Shown here piece by piece: positions 8,367 through 9,250 of a DNA stretch of 9,250 nt. The stretch lies in assembly GCF_006345805.1 (NCBI RefSeq), contig NW_021828024.1, forward strand, positions 1 to 9,250, written 5' to 3'. The notes beneath the pieces are model-generated. The model made no database searches. It saw only the letters and a list, made by a program, of their open reading frames with translations, and was not told where the DNA came from. The translations under genes and the position numbers were made by a program. Within the stretch, counting starts at the first letter, position 1; the number at the start of each line of letters is the position of its first letter. The DNA comes from Octopus sinensis (Eukaryota).

Positions 8367-8431
<65 letters not shown>
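8367..8431. repeat. (AG)n microsatellite
   Basis: Near-perfect AG run with two interruptions. Confidence 0.95.
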
Positions 8432-8435
<4 letters not shown>

Positions 8436-8985
8436 CAAATAAATAGTAAGGATTTAGTATAAAAGAAAATGAAAAGAGAAAGATAGCAAAACAAACATAT
8501 AAGGAAAGATAAGAGGAGTGGCGCAAAGAAAGTTAAAGTGAGGGTAAAAAACTGCAGAGAAGACTGGAATTCTGAGAGCCATATGTCTGCCGTACTGAAA
8601 GGGAAAAGTGCAATCAACAAAGTAAAAAGTTGATCGATAAAAAATATAAAATGCCAAGGAGTTGCTTTTAAAAAAAATATATAAATGGATAGTGAAAGAA
8701 TAAATATAATGGAAAAAGCAGTGATATAAATAACGAGAAGGAAGGAGAAAGAGTGAGAAAGAAAGAGAGACAGGTGGAGTGAATATAGACAACTGAAAGT
8801 CAATGGAATATATTATGTCATTGACCTGGTAGGAAGTGATTCTTTGTATTACAGTAATATCAATGGTATTGAAGTCATATTAACACCAGAAGGTTTTTCT
8901 TTTCTTTTCCCCCCTTAATATGAAAGAGCCACATACCTCTTTGTAAAGCACTTGACACATTGGATCATTTAAAACATCTTTGTCC

Positions 8986-9135
8986 TCTTATAGGTTTCAG
9001 TCAATGGACTGCAGCCATGCAGGGGCCACCACCTAGAAGGGTTTAGTTGACGAATAGACAACATACAGTAATTACTTTCTTAATGCGTGGTCCCGGCTGT
9101 CGTGGGGTGGTGGGCACTAACACGATGACACACAT
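8986..9135 (-). mobile_element. 3' portion of a SINE related to 5639-6100, in inverted orientation
   Basis: GTTTCAGTCAATGGACTGCAGCCAT (8994-9018) is the reverse complement of 6067-6091 (GTTTCAGTCATTAGACTGCCGCCAT) with 3 mismatches in 25. It continues through diverged body sequence into a CA/TACA tract. Confidence 0.65.
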
Positions 9136-9250
9136 ACTTACACACACACCCACACCACAATATATTTATATACACATCATCCACCATCTATACATACATA
9201 CATACATACATACATACATACATACATACATACATACCTACATACACACA
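9136..9250. repeat. CA-rich and (TACA)n microsatellite
   Basis: (TACA)11 at 9191-9234 plus flanking CA-rich sequence. Confidence 0.9.

Noticed and set aside
8173-8367. 9-bp direct repeat CTTTATGAA (8173-8181 and 8359-8367) around the hammerhead-bearing repeat
   Set aside because: It could be a TSD or repeat junction, but it is AT-rich and plausible by chance. It cannot be supported without family boundaries.
8086-8803. Long minus-strand ORFs (146, 178 and 112 aa) with hydrophobic, membrane-like composition
   Set aside because: They are an artefact of the purine-rich/AG-repeat strand (F/L/S/I codons) and are not a membrane protein.

Overview
AT-rich, microsatellite-dense eukaryotic DNA with no intact protein-coding gene; almost all supplied ORFs are microsatellite or antisense artefacts. 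The SINE-type repeats resemble octopus/cephalopod SINEs as I recall them (recognition from memory, no search run). The window is a layered transposon graveyard: a complete short non-autonomous Helitron (11-394, -); a decayed MULE-like transposase fragment (~1240-1680, +); a long decayed Academ-like (transposase + XPG-type nuclease + Cys8) ORF (~1690-4060, -) with a tRNA-derived SINE inside it; further SINE copies; and a 5'-truncated Penelope-like retroelement (GIY-YIG endonuclease, ~6800-7845, -). The most interesting signal is three minimal type I hammerhead-ribozyme-like motifs in different states of decay (4772-4808 +, 6808-6857 -, 8263-8300 -). The last has perfect helices but a CUGUUGA core. 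Smaller structural footprints include a 62-bp A-tailed insertion with a 9-bp direct repeat and an inverted duplication at an apparent SINE deletion junction. All family assignments come from hand translation and motif recall and need database confirmation.
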